Below, piece by piece: positions 1-9,526 of a DNA stretch of 64,000 nucleotides. Source of the DNA: an uncultured Poribacteria bacterium (GTDB lineage: Bacteria; Poribacteria; WGA-4E; WGA-3G). The notes under the pieces were generated by a model. That model made no database searches and had not been told where the DNA came from. It saw nothing but the letters and a program-made list of their open reading frames with translations. The stretch is from NCBI GenBank assembly GCA_951828515.1, contig OX639992.1, forward strand, positions 1,352,439 to 1,416,438, read 5' to 3'. Made by a program: the position numbers and the translations under genes. Numbering within the stretch: position 1 is the stretch's first letter; the number at the start of each line of letters is the position of its first letter.

Positions 1-891
1 ATCTAAACCACCGGACAACGTCTTTCCGCTGTGTGGTGTCATAACATTGTGTGCACGTGCGAGCCGGGTCATACTATCCAACAAAACGACGACATCTTTT
101 CCGTACTCTGCCCACCGCTTCGCCTTTTCAATTGCCATCTCTGCGACCTGAATATGCCGTTCGGGATGTTCATCGAAAGTAGAGCTAATGACCTCTCCTT
201 TAACAGAACGGGCGACATCTGTAACTTCCTCGGGACGCTCATCAATGAGTAAAAAGATGAGAATGACTTCCGGATGGTTCGCTTCAATGCCGGCGGCAAT
301 ATTCTTCAGTAGCGTGGTCTTACCACTGTAAGGAGGTGCAACAATCAAACCGCGTTGTCCCTTCCCAATCGGTGCTATTAGATCCACGATGCGAGTCCCG
401 TACTCTGACTGATTATGTTCGAGTTTCATTTTTTCGTACGGGTGAATAGGAGTGAGGTTATTGAAAAGGATTTTCTGTTTGACGGCTTCAGGTATTTCTC
501 CGTTAACCTTCTCAATTTGTAACATCGCGAAGTAGCGCTCTGCCTTGTTTTCCGTCTTCTTTGGGGGACGAATTACGCCTTCAACGACGTGTCCGGTTTG
601 TAAATCGAATCGCCGAATTTGCGAGGAGGACACATAAATATCCTCGTTACTTTGCAAATAATTGGAGCGCGATGAACGAAGAAAGCCATAATGCTGGTCT
701 CGGTCATCAAGAATTTCCAAGACACCACCGCCGTAAAACTGGGTATCACTCTCAGATTTAGCCTCTATAATTTCGTTAATCAATTCCTCTTTCCGAGACC
801 CGTTGTATTCGGTCACTCCGAGAGTCTGCGCAAAGTCTTTGAGTTCCGAGAACTCCATTTCTTGGAGCTTGCGAATGTCCAAGCTCTCCAT
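1..891 (-). CDS. rho: Transcription termination factor Rho (3' part runs off the window)
   Basis: Not in the ORF track because it has no stop in the window. Manual translation from ATG 891 (GAGGAG SD upstream) gives MESLDIRKLQ..., YGFLR, DIYVSSSQIRRFDL, APIGKGQRGLIVAPPYSGKT, LLIDERPEEVTD, LLDSMTRLARA, SGKTLSGGLD. Confidence 0.97.
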   Translation of the reverse strand, partial: MESLDIRKLQEMEFSELKDFAQTLGVTEYNGSRKEELINEIIEAKSESDTQFYGGGVLEILDDRDQHYGFLRSSRSNYLQSNEDIYVSSSQIRRFDLQTGHVVEGVIRPPKKTENKAERYFAMLQIEKVNGEIPEAVKQKILFNNLTPIHPYEKMKLEHNQSEYGTRIVDLIAPIGKGQRGLIVAPPYSGKTTLLKNIAAGIEANHPEVILIFLLIDERPEEVTDVARSVKGEVISSTFDEHPERHIQVAEMAIEKAKRWAEYGKDVVVLLDSMTRLARAHNVMTPHSGKTLSGGLD

Positions 892-1598
892 AGTTTCAAA
901 TACTCCTCATTGTGCCCGGTTCCAAGGTAATCGTTCCACCATGGCGTTCATCTAACCACCCAGCGAATTCTTTGTCTCCACTCAAATGTGCGATATGTTA
1001 AAAATGGAATCGCAATTTGACAGCAGTTGCTAAAATAGGAGGCAAAATAGAGGTTAAAATGGAATCGGGGCTGATTCTATAGAATAATTTACTGAAGTTG
1101 GTTTCTATCGCTTTCGGTTCGCGATTGAAAACCACACCTACCGGATTACACTACTCTGTTTTTCTAATAAATCGCGTAATAGAACCAAGGCACGAAAACT
1201 GGATTTTACCACAAACCCGGTTAATCTGGTATGACACTCCAACCGAACGCATGAGGCTTCTGAAGACGCGCTTGCGGGCGACGCGCTACACCGTCAAGAT
1301 ATGCAACAGAGCAAGATGCAGGGTATACAGGGATATCGATGGAGTAGGTGCAACGCTGCCCGTGGGAGTGTTTCTTGTATGGTTGCTTCGAGATACGTGT
1401 TAGAAGGTGGTTTCGACCTAAAGGTGCCACTTGGTTTTCCATATCAAAACTGGCGTTGCACGCACTACCTTACAACCAGTGACTCGTTTTTCCTCAAAGG
1501 ACGCTTTTTTCGGGATTTGCACTGTTTCATCAGGGGAAAGCTGCGAATTGCACCCTTAAAGCGTGCTTGCGCTAGGAAGTTAAAAACTCTAACTGTTA

Positions 1599-1627
1599 AT
1601 TATACACAATTCACGATAAAACGTCAA
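1599..1627 (-). promoter_or_regulatory. Sigma70-type promoter pointing toward rho
   Basis: Minus strand TTGACG-17 nt-TATAAT with TGTG immediately before the -10 box. Confidence 0.7.
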
Positions 1628-1703
1628 GTTTTTTTGAAAAAAGACTGATTTTCTCAAAATTATGATGTATAGCGCGATTTTCCAACCGCGCTGTTTACAA
1701 CAC

Positions 1704-3704
1704 TTATTCCGCGTCTTCACCTTTCAACTTCTTAAGGCTGCGACGGACTCTCTGGTTATATTGATTTTCCGCCAAGTAGCCCTCCCAAAGGGTTATAGCG
1801 TCATCATTAAACCCTTGTGAGATATAGTACTCCCCAAGAGTTAACAGCGGAATGTCGGAAAGCGGATCCTTCTCAATAGATGCTTTGAATTCAGCAACAG
1901 CGGTTTCTGCGTCGCCGTCTAAAAGTGCCAATTCACCCCTACCGTAAGGGATTAAGGCGTGTTCGGGATACTCTACTGCCAATTCATCTATCATCTTCTG
2001 CGCATCTTCCAATTTCTTCAAGTGGTAGGTTGCACGTGCGGCAAGGATCGTCGCATAAACAACCTGATTGCGAAGTTTTTGTTGTTCGACCTTGCTTTCC
2101 GATTTGTCGAGCAATCGTTTCGCTGTTCGTGCGGCGGCTCTATACTTGGCACGGGATTGCACATAATTCCCGTACCTATAGGTGAGGTCACCGAGGGTTT
2201 TAGATCCGATATACGAGTCGCCTTTCTGATCAACGAGATCCTGAAAGATTCCGGCGGCTTTCCGGTCCTTCAACCGATAATGGAGGACTTCTGCGAGGCT
2301 TTGCAACGCATCCAAATTCTGTGTGTTCGCCGCGACAGACTTCTCCAGAACGTCTCGTTCCTTCTCGGGTTCACCTAACTTTTTGTGTGCCAGCGAGAGT
2401 AACCAGTAAATCTCGGAATCTTTTCTTTTCGCCATCCCAAGCACAGAAGTGTAGGTTTCTATCGCTTTCTCATACGATTCGGAAGTGTAGTGAGTTCGTC
2501 CGGTGTCAATGACGGCTTGAATGACACTACCATCTCGGCTTGCGGCTTTCTTGAGGACCTCTCTCGCCCGTTGATGCATCCCGAGTTTTCGGTAGCAAAT
2601 TGAGAGTTTGAGGTAGGAATATGGGTCAAGCTTCACATTTGCCGACTCTGCGCGGGCAATTGCATCGAAGTACAACGCGCCTGCGTCACGGTAACTTTCA
2701 TCGCCGTAGAAAAAGTTGGCAATCATCAGTTCAGCGTCATAATAAGTGCCTTGGTCATCGCCTGCGATACCCCCTTGACCGCCGAAATTCCGCATGACTT
2801 CTGATGCACTCACTCCGAATCCGGAGTCTGCGATCTGCAAACCGACATTTCCCATTGCGCGGCTTTTCTCAACACCCCCGCGCGGTCGATCCCGTTCCCG
2901 AGTCGCTTCTTGTCGTGCATAAGCTCTACCAAGTTGTGTCGCCAGTGGGTCATCAGGTTCTGGGATGCGTGCCTTGAGGTCTGTCAGTTCCTGTTTTGCT
3001 TTCTCAATCTCTTCTTCGGCACCCTCGACCTTCCCATATCTTTTAACGAGCGATTGATAAGTGCGTTTCGCTTCATCTTCGTTTTTGAGGAACTGTCGTT
3101 GGATTCGCCCTTTATTCGCAATAGCGAGTGCGGCCCGTTCACTTCGAGGATTTCGGTTTGCGAAGTTATCGAACACCTCTACTGCCTGTTCAAAGTCCTT
3201 CGCTTCTTCAAAACTTTTTGCCAGCATCAGTTGTGCGTTGTGGCTCAATTCGAGATTTGGGAATTTATTAACAACGGCGTCAAATCGGGTTTGAGCGGCT
3301 TTAAAATCTTTTTGTCGGTAGTAGTGCATGCCGAGTTCATAATGTGCTTCAGCGGCTTCATCGCTTTCCGGTCCGCCGGCAATGACTGCTTCATAGGCTT
3401 TGATGCCCTCTGCGGGTTGATTCATCCGGTCGATAGACAGTTTACCTATAGCGAGTTGTGCTTGAAGGGCTTCGGGCGTGCCGGGTTGGGTATCTATAAT
3501 ACTTTGATACGCAGTTATCGCGCCTGGATAGTCTTTCTGTTCAGCGAGTTTTTCTGCGGTGCGCAGCGCGCCACCGGATACGCAACTGATTTGGATCAGT
3601 GCTACGAAAATAATAGCAACAAGCGGGCAATACCTCATACTTTTAACAGCAAGTTTTTGCCAGCGATCATAAGTTTTGGTTGCGAGTTGTGCCGAATATT
3701 TCAC
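1704..3704 (-). CDS. TPR-repeat (BamD/CpoB-like) predicted lipoprotein
   Basis: Many TPR helices (EAAEAHYELG, AQLMLAKSFE). Hydrophobic stretch ends in a QISC lipobox-like motif. GTG 3704 follows AGGAG. Confidence 0.8.
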   Translation of the reverse strand: MKYSAQLATKTYDRWQKLAVKSMRYCPLVAIIFVALIQISCVSGGALRTAEKLAEQKDYPGAITAYQSIIDTQPGTPEALQAQLAIGKLSIDRMNQPAEGIKAYEAVIAGGPESDEAAEAHYELGMHYYRQKDFKAAQTRFDAVVNKFPNLELSHNAQLMLAKSFEEAKDFEQAVEVFDNFANRNPRSERAALAIANKGRIQRQFLKNEDEAKRTYQSLVKRYGKVEGAEEEIEKAKQELTDLKARIPEPDDPLATQLGRAYARQEATRERDRPRGGVEKSRAMGNVGLQIADSGFGVSASEVMRNFGGQGGIAGDDQGTYYDAELMIANFFYGDESYRDAGALYFDAIARAESANVKLDPYSYLKLSICYRKLGMHQRAREVLKKAASRDGSVIQAVIDTGRTHYTSESYEKAIETYTSVLGMAKRKDSEIYWLLSLAHKKLGEPEKERDVLEKSVAANTQNLDALQSLAEVLHYRLKDRKAAGIFQDLVDQKGDSYIGSKTLGDLTYRYGNYVQSRAKYRAAARTAKRLLDKSESKVEQQKLRNQVVYATILAARATYHLKKLEDAQKMIDELAVEYPEHALIPYGRGELALLDGDAETAVAEFKASIEKDPLSDIPLLTLGEYYISQGFNDDAITLWEGYLAENQYNQRVRRSLKKLKGEDAE

Positions 3705-3774
3705 GGTCTTTCTCCTTTTTTGATATTGACTCGGTTTGAAGACACCTATGTGGATAAGCATCCGTGCTTCAATC

Positions 3775-3916
3775 ACCCAAGTTGCTGATTACAAAATTTT
3801 AGACAGATATACACCGTTTTTGACTGAAAACAGAAGGAATTTTCTATGATTCTGGTGTTATACGGTGCCCTGTCCCTATAATTCTTGTTTATTTTTTCTA
3901 CGGTGGCAACTTAGGT
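3775..3916. mobile_element. MITE-like element, family B (TIR ACCCAAGTTGC / GCAACTTAGGT)
   Basis: Inverted ends match copies at 40518-40777, 41029-41155 and 54794-54808. Confidence 0.6.
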
Positions 3917-3917
3917 T

Positions 3918-5054
3918 TTAATAGCATGACCTGGATGCACATTCATCAATCAATTCTAAAACTTCTTGCCGAGTGAAGCCCTCTTTCTGAATGAGATTGT
4001 CGCAATTCACCGTGTTTTTCGCGTCGGGTCCCTTACCTGCTTCGAGAATCGAATTTGTTAACCAACTGGTGCGTACCCCGTTGATGCCAGAGGTATAGTT
4101 CGTCTGGTACTCACCTTTCACCAAACCGACGAGTTGATCAACTTTGCTGCCGGGGTATCCTTCCGGACGCGGATAAGCAAGGGGTTCTGGCTCGCCACCT
4201 TTAGGCGTGTAACGAATGCCGTTTTTGATTTCGATCGTTCCTTCATCGCCTTCCAGAATTACCCATTCTTCAAACCCAACGCGCGTGTTGCCGAGAATAG
4301 TGATTGTGCCTTCGGCACCGTTATCCAGCGTTACATCGGAGTAGGAATTAATTTCCACGAACTTTGGAACGAGGTTTCCATCGTCGTCCTCAAATTTCAT
4401 GTCAGTTGTTCCGTAGACCTCAGCGGGCAAGGCACCCGTCATCCACAAGAATATATCTTGGAGGTGGCTTCCTGAATCGTTGGGCTGTCCACCGCCGGAG
4501 AAGCGGGGATCTCCTCGCCATCCACCGGCACCCCACCGCTGTGCCATGTAGACCTCAAATTTCTGGAGGTTACCGATGCGCCCTTCAGCGATTGCGCGTC
4601 TGGCTGCCATGTAAGTATCCTCGTAATGTCGTTGATACCCACCAACGAGGTGTAATGCGCTACCCATTGCGATTTTGGTTACCGCGATTGCATCACCAAC
4701 GACATTTGCCATCGGTTTTTCGACGATAACGTGGCATCCGGCGCGGAGCGCGTATTTCGTGTGAATATCGTGAAGGGAATGCGGCGAGAATACACCGACT
4801 ATATCCAGATCTTCGTGATTGAGCATCTCCACGAACTCGTAGTCACCGAGGTAGCGGTTGAAACTATTCGCTTTATAGCCGTCAACCCGTTCTTGGAGCG
4901 CGCTTTCCAAAGCGTCCAAACTCGTTTCGTGGGTGTCCACAGCGGCGACGATTTCAGCATCGGGACGTGTTGCGAAACCGAGTGTGTTCCCGCGTCCTGC
5001 GCCGCCGGGCCCAATCACACCAACTCTTAAAATATCATTTTTGCTGGTTTCCAT
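3918..5054 (-). CDS. Gfo/Idh/MocA family oxidoreductase
   Basis: RVGVIGPGGAG Rossmann motif, HVIVEKPMA, SGGGQPNDSGSH. Confidence 0.9.
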   Translation of the reverse strand: METSKNDILRVGVIGPGGAGRGNTLGFATRPDAEIVAAVDTHETSLDALESALQERVDGYKANSFNRYLGDYEFVEMLNHEDLDIVGVFSPHSLHDIHTKYALRAGCHVIVEKPMANVVGDAIAVTKIAMGSALHLVGGYQRHYEDTYMAARRAIAEGRIGNLQKFEVYMAQRWGAGGWRGDPRFSGGGQPNDSGSHLQDIFLWMTGALPAEVYGTTDMKFEDDDGNLVPKFVEINSYSDVTLDNGAEGTITILGNTRVGFEEWVILEGDEGTIEIKNGIRYTPKGGEPEPLAYPRPEGYPGSKVDQLVGLVKGEYQTNYTSGINGVRTSWLTNSILEAGKGPDAKNTVNCDNLIQKEGFTRQEVLELIDECASRSCY

Positions 5055-5100
5055 GATTCTAACCTCTCCAGAGTATGTCAAACGTAATTTTGGGGTGCTA

Positions 5101-5350
5101 TTATGCCAATTTCGCGTACTCATACACAGGCAGCGTAATAGTCCGATCAGGTTGCTGATGTCTCACCACTACCTGCTGTAAACGGTCAACCGTCTTTGGG
5201 GAGAAGTATTGTTCTCCTGTTTCAACATTGACTCGGGCTGGCACGTTCTCAATTAAGTAAAATTCCCCATCCACTTCAAGGACGTATGTAACCTTCTGTT
5301 CAACAAGGATTCCATCACGATGGCTCATAACACAATTACGGCACTTTCAT
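5101..5350 (-). pseudogene. YgiT/MqsA-type zinc-finger antitoxin-like gene, probably frameshifted at its 5' end
   Basis: IENVPARVNVETGEQYFSP is YgiT-like. The N-terminal K-C-R-N-C is one base out of frame with ATG 5350 (ATGAAAG TGC CGT AAT TGT). Confidence 0.6.
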
Positions 5351-5469
5351 CAAAGATAGGCAAAGTTTACCACAAATTCTGAGAAAGGTCAATCTATTTT
5401 GGGGTTAAATTAGAACCTTCAGTTCGCTGACAACTTTGATGTTCTGAACACGAGTTTTCGAGTCATACC

Positions 5470-6210
5470 TTACTGACTAAAGACGCGGAACAATTTTTTA
5501 ATCGGATCGTAGAATTGGTCAACGACGCGTTCCTTGAGCGGGATGATGGCGTTGTCCGTAATCGTGATATGTTCTGGGCAGACCTTCGTGCAACACTTGG
5601 TGATGTTACAATACCCGATACCATCCGAATCCTTCAATTCTTCGAGCCGGTTTTCGGTGTCAATCGGGTGCATTTCCAAGGAAGCGGCGTAAACGAAGAA
5701 TCTCGGTCCGATGAACTCGTCATGAAGATCGTGTTCCCGAAGGACATGGCAGACATCCTGACAGAGGAAACACTCAATGCACTTCCGAAACTCTTGGATG
5801 TGATCGATGTCTTCCTGTTCCATTCGCCATGTGCCGTCTTCGGCATCAGGTGGTCGTGGCGTGAACGGTTTCATTTTCTCTTTAACTTTGTAGTTCCACG
5901 AGACATCCGTAACGAGGTCTTTAATGAGTGGAAATGCACGCATCGGTTCGACCGTAACAGGTTCATCAAGGGGCAAATCGTTGAGGCGCGTCATGCACAT
6001 CAATTTCGGTTGCCCGTTAATTTCAGCGGAGCAGGATCCGCATTTTCCCGCTTTACAATTCCAGCGGACAGCCATATCGTTCGCCTGCTCGGCTTGGATA
6101 CGGTGGACAGCGTCTAAAACCACCATACCTTCAGAAACCTCGGTGTCATAATCGACAAATTCTGCGCCATCCGCATTGCCACGCCAGATTCTAAATGTTG
6201 CGTTCGCCAT
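5470..6210 (-). CDS. sdhB: Succinate dehydrogenase/fumarate reductase Fe-S subunit
   Basis: CKAGKCGSC, CIECFLCQDVC and CNITKCCTKVC clusters. Confidence 0.92.
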   Translation of the reverse strand: MANATFRIWRGNADGAEFVDYDTEVSEGMVVLDAVHRIQAEQANDMAVRWNCKAGKCGSCSAEINGQPKLMCMTRLNDLPLDEPVTVEPMRAFPLIKDLVTDVSWNYKVKEKMKPFTPRPPDAEDGTWRMEQEDIDHIQEFRKCIECFLCQDVCHVLREHDLHDEFIGPRFFVYAASLEMHPIDTENRLEELKDSDGIGYCNITKCCTKVCPEHITITDNAIIPLKERVVDQFYDPIKKLFRVFSQ

Positions 6211-6244
6211 TTTTTAATTTTTCCTTGCGGTTTTTTTAATTTTT

Positions 6245-6454
6245 CCTTGCGGTTAAACAACGTGGGTTGGGAACTTCACGTGCCTTTCTCAAATCCGCCT
6301 GCGCCGTTGTTGCAGGCTACAGTTTTGGGTTGATGCGGGAACATGAAGCAATTGTGAAAAACGCACAGATCCTTATTCCAGTCATGCATTCACCGAAAAC
6401 CTGCTCGTAATGAAATGGAGAGCAGAGAAACCGAAACTTAATAGTTAAAAAACC
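6245..6454 (+). repeat. Dispersed intergenic repeat, family C (starts CCTTGCGG)
   Basis: CCTTGCGG..AAC(G)TG..(G)TGCCTTTCT..CGCCT..CAGGCT is shared with 8330-8445 (minus) and 11786-11955. Confidence 0.55.
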
Positions 6455-6472
6455 TTGCGAATAATTAAAATG

Positions 6473-8305
6473 CTATCCGATTTCGTCTATAATTTCTTGC
6501 AGATCGGCTCGGAGTTCATCAACCCGTTGTCGGCGAATTTCCATTGTGCCGTCGGTTGCCTTCTTAACGATGGTGTTATATTTGCCTGCGTCGGGCTCCT
6601 CTTTCTCTGGATAATCGTCCCGTGAATGTGCACCGATGCTTGCCCTGCGTTCAAGTGCCGCGAGTGCAATCGATTCGGAGACTGTGATTAAGCAGTCAAG
6701 ATCAAGCGCGGTATGCCATCCAGCATTGTATTCTCGATTTCCGACAGCATGAACATCCTCTGCCTGCTGGCGCAGATTCTGGATCTCTTCCAAGGCTTGC
6801 GTGAGGCTTTCCTGACTTCGGGCAATACCCACGAGTTCCTGCATCTTGTCCTGAAGTTGTGCTTGAATGTGGTAGGGTCCAATTTTTTCACCACTACCAT
6901 CGTCTACTGGGTTTTCAAAGGGTTTTAGTGTATGTGCAGCGATTGTATCAATTTCTGCTTCATCAAGTGGGACGGCTTCGTTCTCCTCGGCAAATTGCGC
7001 CGCATATTCCCCCGCACGTTTACCGAAAACGAGTAGATCGGAGAGTGAATTACCACCGAGTCTATTGGCACCGTGTAATCCCGCAGCGCATTCACCCGCG
7101 GCGAAGAGCCCGGGAACCGCTGTCATTTGTGAATCGGCATCGACCCGAATACCACCCATGATATAGTGCGTTGTGGGACCTACCTCCATCGGCTCCTGTG
7201 TGATGTCGATGTCGGCGAGCTCCTTGAATTGATGGTACATACTCGGCAGTTTTCTACGGATATGCTCTGGAGCGTTTGAAATTTTTTCCTTAATCCACGC
7301 GATATCCAAGAATACACCACCGTGTGGACTTCCACGTCCCTCTTGTACCTCTCGGACGATACACCGTGCAACATGATCGCGCGTGAGGAGTTCAGGTGGA
7401 CGACGCGCATCTCGGTCGCCTTGCGTATATCGCCACCCCTCTTCTGGGCTGTCTGCTGTCTGGTTCACATAGAGTTCTGGGATGTCATCGAACATGAAGC
7501 GTTTGCCCTCACTGTTTGTGAGGGTGCCACCTTCGCCACGCACCCCCTCTGTGACCAAGATACCTCGGACGCTGGGGGGCCACACCATACCCGTCGGATG
7601 GAATTGGACGAACTCCATGTCTATGAGTTCTGCACCAGCGTGGTATGCGAGAGCATGTCCATCGCCGGTGTATTCCCAACTATTGCTTGTAATTTTGTAT
7701 GCTTTCCCGACACCACCTGTCGCTAAAACGACAGATTTGGCGGAAAAGACCTTGAACCGTCCTTTTTCACGTTCATAACCGAATGCGCCTGAGACCCTTT
7801 CGCCGGTTTTGAGGAGCGAAACGACGGTATTCTCCATGTGCACTTCAATGCCTTGATGAATACCGTGATCCTGTAATGCCCGGATCATTTCCAACCCAGT
7901 TCGATCGCCGACGTGTGCGAGGCGCGGGTATTGGTGTCCGCCAAAATTCCGTTGGAGGATACCGCCCTCTTGCGTTCGGTCAAAGAGCGCCCCCCAAGCC
8001 TCAAGTTCACGTACACGGTCTGGTGCCTCTTGTGCGTGGAGTTCTGCCATTCGGGCATTAGAGAGATACTGTCCACCGCGCATGGTGTCAGCAAAATGAA
8101 CACGCCAACTGTCTCTTTCGTCAACGTTTGCCAAAGCCGCAGCGACTCCACCTTCCGCCATAACAGTGTGCGCCTTGCCGAGCAAGGATTTACAGATGAG
8201 TCCCACTTTTAGGTTACCTACGGCGGCTTCAATAGCGGCACGAAGTCCAGCACCACCGGCTCCGATTATCAATACATCATATTCATGAGTTTCGTAAGAT
8301 GCCAC
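6473..8305 (-). CDS. sdhA: Succinate dehydrogenase/fumarate reductase flavoprotein
   Basis: IIGAGGAGLRAA, AHTVMAEGG (FAD-His), QFHPTG, HYIMGG, LHGANRLGGNSL. Confidence 0.95.
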   Translation of the reverse strand: MASYETHEYDVLIIGAGGAGLRAAIEAAVGNLKVGLICKSLLGKAHTVMAEGGVAAALANVDERDSWRVHFADTMRGGQYLSNARMAELHAQEAPDRVRELEAWGALFDRTQEGGILQRNFGGHQYPRLAHVGDRTGLEMIRALQDHGIHQGIEVHMENTVVSLLKTGERVSGAFGYEREKGRFKVFSAKSVVLATGGVGKAYKITSNSWEYTGDGHALAYHAGAELIDMEFVQFHPTGMVWPPSVRGILVTEGVRGEGGTLTNSEGKRFMFDDIPELYVNQTADSPEEGWRYTQGDRDARRPPELLTRDHVARCIVREVQEGRGSPHGGVFLDIAWIKEKISNAPEHIRRKLPSMYHQFKELADIDITQEPMEVGPTTHYIMGGIRVDADSQMTAVPGLFAAGECAAGLHGANRLGGNSLSDLLVFGKRAGEYAAQFAEENEAVPLDEAEIDTIAAHTLKPFENPVDDGSGEKIGPYHIQAQLQDKMQELVGIARSQESLTQALEEIQNLRQQAEDVHAVGNREYNAGWHTALDLDCLITVSESIALAALERRASIGAHSRDDYPEKEEPDAGKYNTIVKKATDGTMEIRRQRVDELRADLQEIIDEIG

Positions 8306-8329
8306 GTTGAAAATTTCCCCTAATTATGA

Positions 8330-8445
8330 ACGTATGTTTCTCCAGTGTTAAAATTTAGACGCGAACGGCAAGCCTGTAATGTAATGGAAGGCGATTCACA
8401 AGAAAGGCACTTCAAATATGAAACCCACTTGAGTACTCCGCAAGG
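8330..8445 (-). repeat. Family C intergenic repeat copy
   Basis: Minus strand ACCTTGCGGAGTACTCAAGTGGGTTT...GTGCCTTTCT...CGCCTTCC...CAGGCT. Confidence 0.5.
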
Positions 8446-8450
8446 TAAAA

Positions 8451-9266
8451 TTAAAAAAATGTAATCCAGTCCTGACCTATTGACGGCACTATAAAACGGA
8501 CGTATACATCGGAAAAACCGACCCAACAGAGACTCATCCACGCCCAAAGCATGTGCCGACGGTTTAAGCAACTGACACAGTTATAGGCTTGCCGACGGAT
8601 TGGAACTTTGGAGAGCAGATCAACAACGCCACCGACTAAGTGACGCAAAGAGTGGCATCCGAGCGTGTAACCGCCTAAAAGGACGACATTACCTGCCAAA
8701 ATGATGGTACCTACACCGATGCCAAAGGTTGTCCCGCCGTTTCCGTCGTCGAACCAGAGTGCTTTCCATACATCGTAAGCGAGAATACCGAGAAAAATGA
8801 TCGCGATATAAAGGAAGTATCTATGGATATTCTGTATAATCAATGGAAACGAATGTTCGCCCCTATAGTTATTACGCGGTTCTGACACCGTGCAAGAGGG
8901 TGGATCTGCCCAGAACGCTTTATAATACGCGCCACGGTAGTAGTAGCATGTAAAGCGAAATCCGAGTGGCATCCACATAATCAGGACTGCTGGGGTAATG
9001 AAACCCGGCATCCAAGACGGCATCATACCAAACCAACTGTGTTCAACGCTGTGCATAACCTCTTCAGTGCCGAAAAGCACCGGTGAGTAGAGAGGGGACA
9101 GGTAGGGTCCGTGAATGAAATGATTCCCTTCAAAAACGCGAAAGAGACCGTAAAGGACGAAGAGTCCCAACCCGACAAATACGGCCAAGGGTTGCAACCA
9201 CCATGTGTCTCGGCGCTGGGTTTGAAAGGGGCGACTTTCTGTTAGGGTGAGTTCAGGGTGCGTCAT
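8451..9266 (-). CDS. Sdh membrane anchor subunit (Rv0249c/Sdh1-type)
   Basis: Multiple TM helices with FRFTCYYYRGAYY, QNIHRYF and GCHSLRH motifs. First gene of the sdh operon. Confidence 0.8.
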   Translation of the reverse strand: MTHPELTLTESRPFQTQRRDTWWLQPLAVFVGLGLFVLYGLFRVFEGNHFIHGPYLSPLYSPVLFGTEEVMHSVEHSWFGMMPSWMPGFITPAVLIMWMPLGFRFTCYYYRGAYYKAFWADPPSCTVSEPRNNYRGEHSFPLIIQNIHRYFLYIAIIFLGILAYDVWKALWFDDGNGGTTFGIGVGTIILAGNVVLLGGYTLGCHSLRHLVGGVVDLLSKVPIRRQAYNCVSCLNRRHMLWAWMSLCWVGFSDVYVRFIVPSIGQDWITFF

Positions 9267-9329
9267 AGGCGATTTTCCTTACCTTGAAAATAAAAAATAA
9301 AAGCGAGATTGTGGTTATATGACAGATAA

Positions 9330-9448
9330 TTATAGTAAAACCCATAATTAAGTTTACACTCTGTAATGCGGCGAGGTTAGGAAACCTCGCCAGCAATGTG
9401 GGTTTTGTGTTTTCAAGAGCGTGCAAGTATTTTCGGGCTTTACTATAA
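9330..9448. mobile_element. MITE-like element, family A (TIR TTATAGTAAA / TTTACTATAA)
   Basis: Near-identical to 60942-61078. Central hairpin GCGAGGTT-AGGA-AACCTCGC. Confidence 0.75.
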
Positions 9449-9526
9449 TAACTAACCACGCTTGTTTTGATATTGATTTTTGAATTTACCCAATAAATTG
9501 TATCATACAACGCGGTCTTTGTCAAA

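Noticed and set aside
1200-1590. tmRNA, RNase P or 6S RNA upstream of rho
   Set aside because: Hallmark termini and conserved motifs were not found. Kept only as an unexplained leader.
2910-3788. 292-aa plus-strand ORF
   Set aside because: Antisense to the TPR lipoprotein gene.
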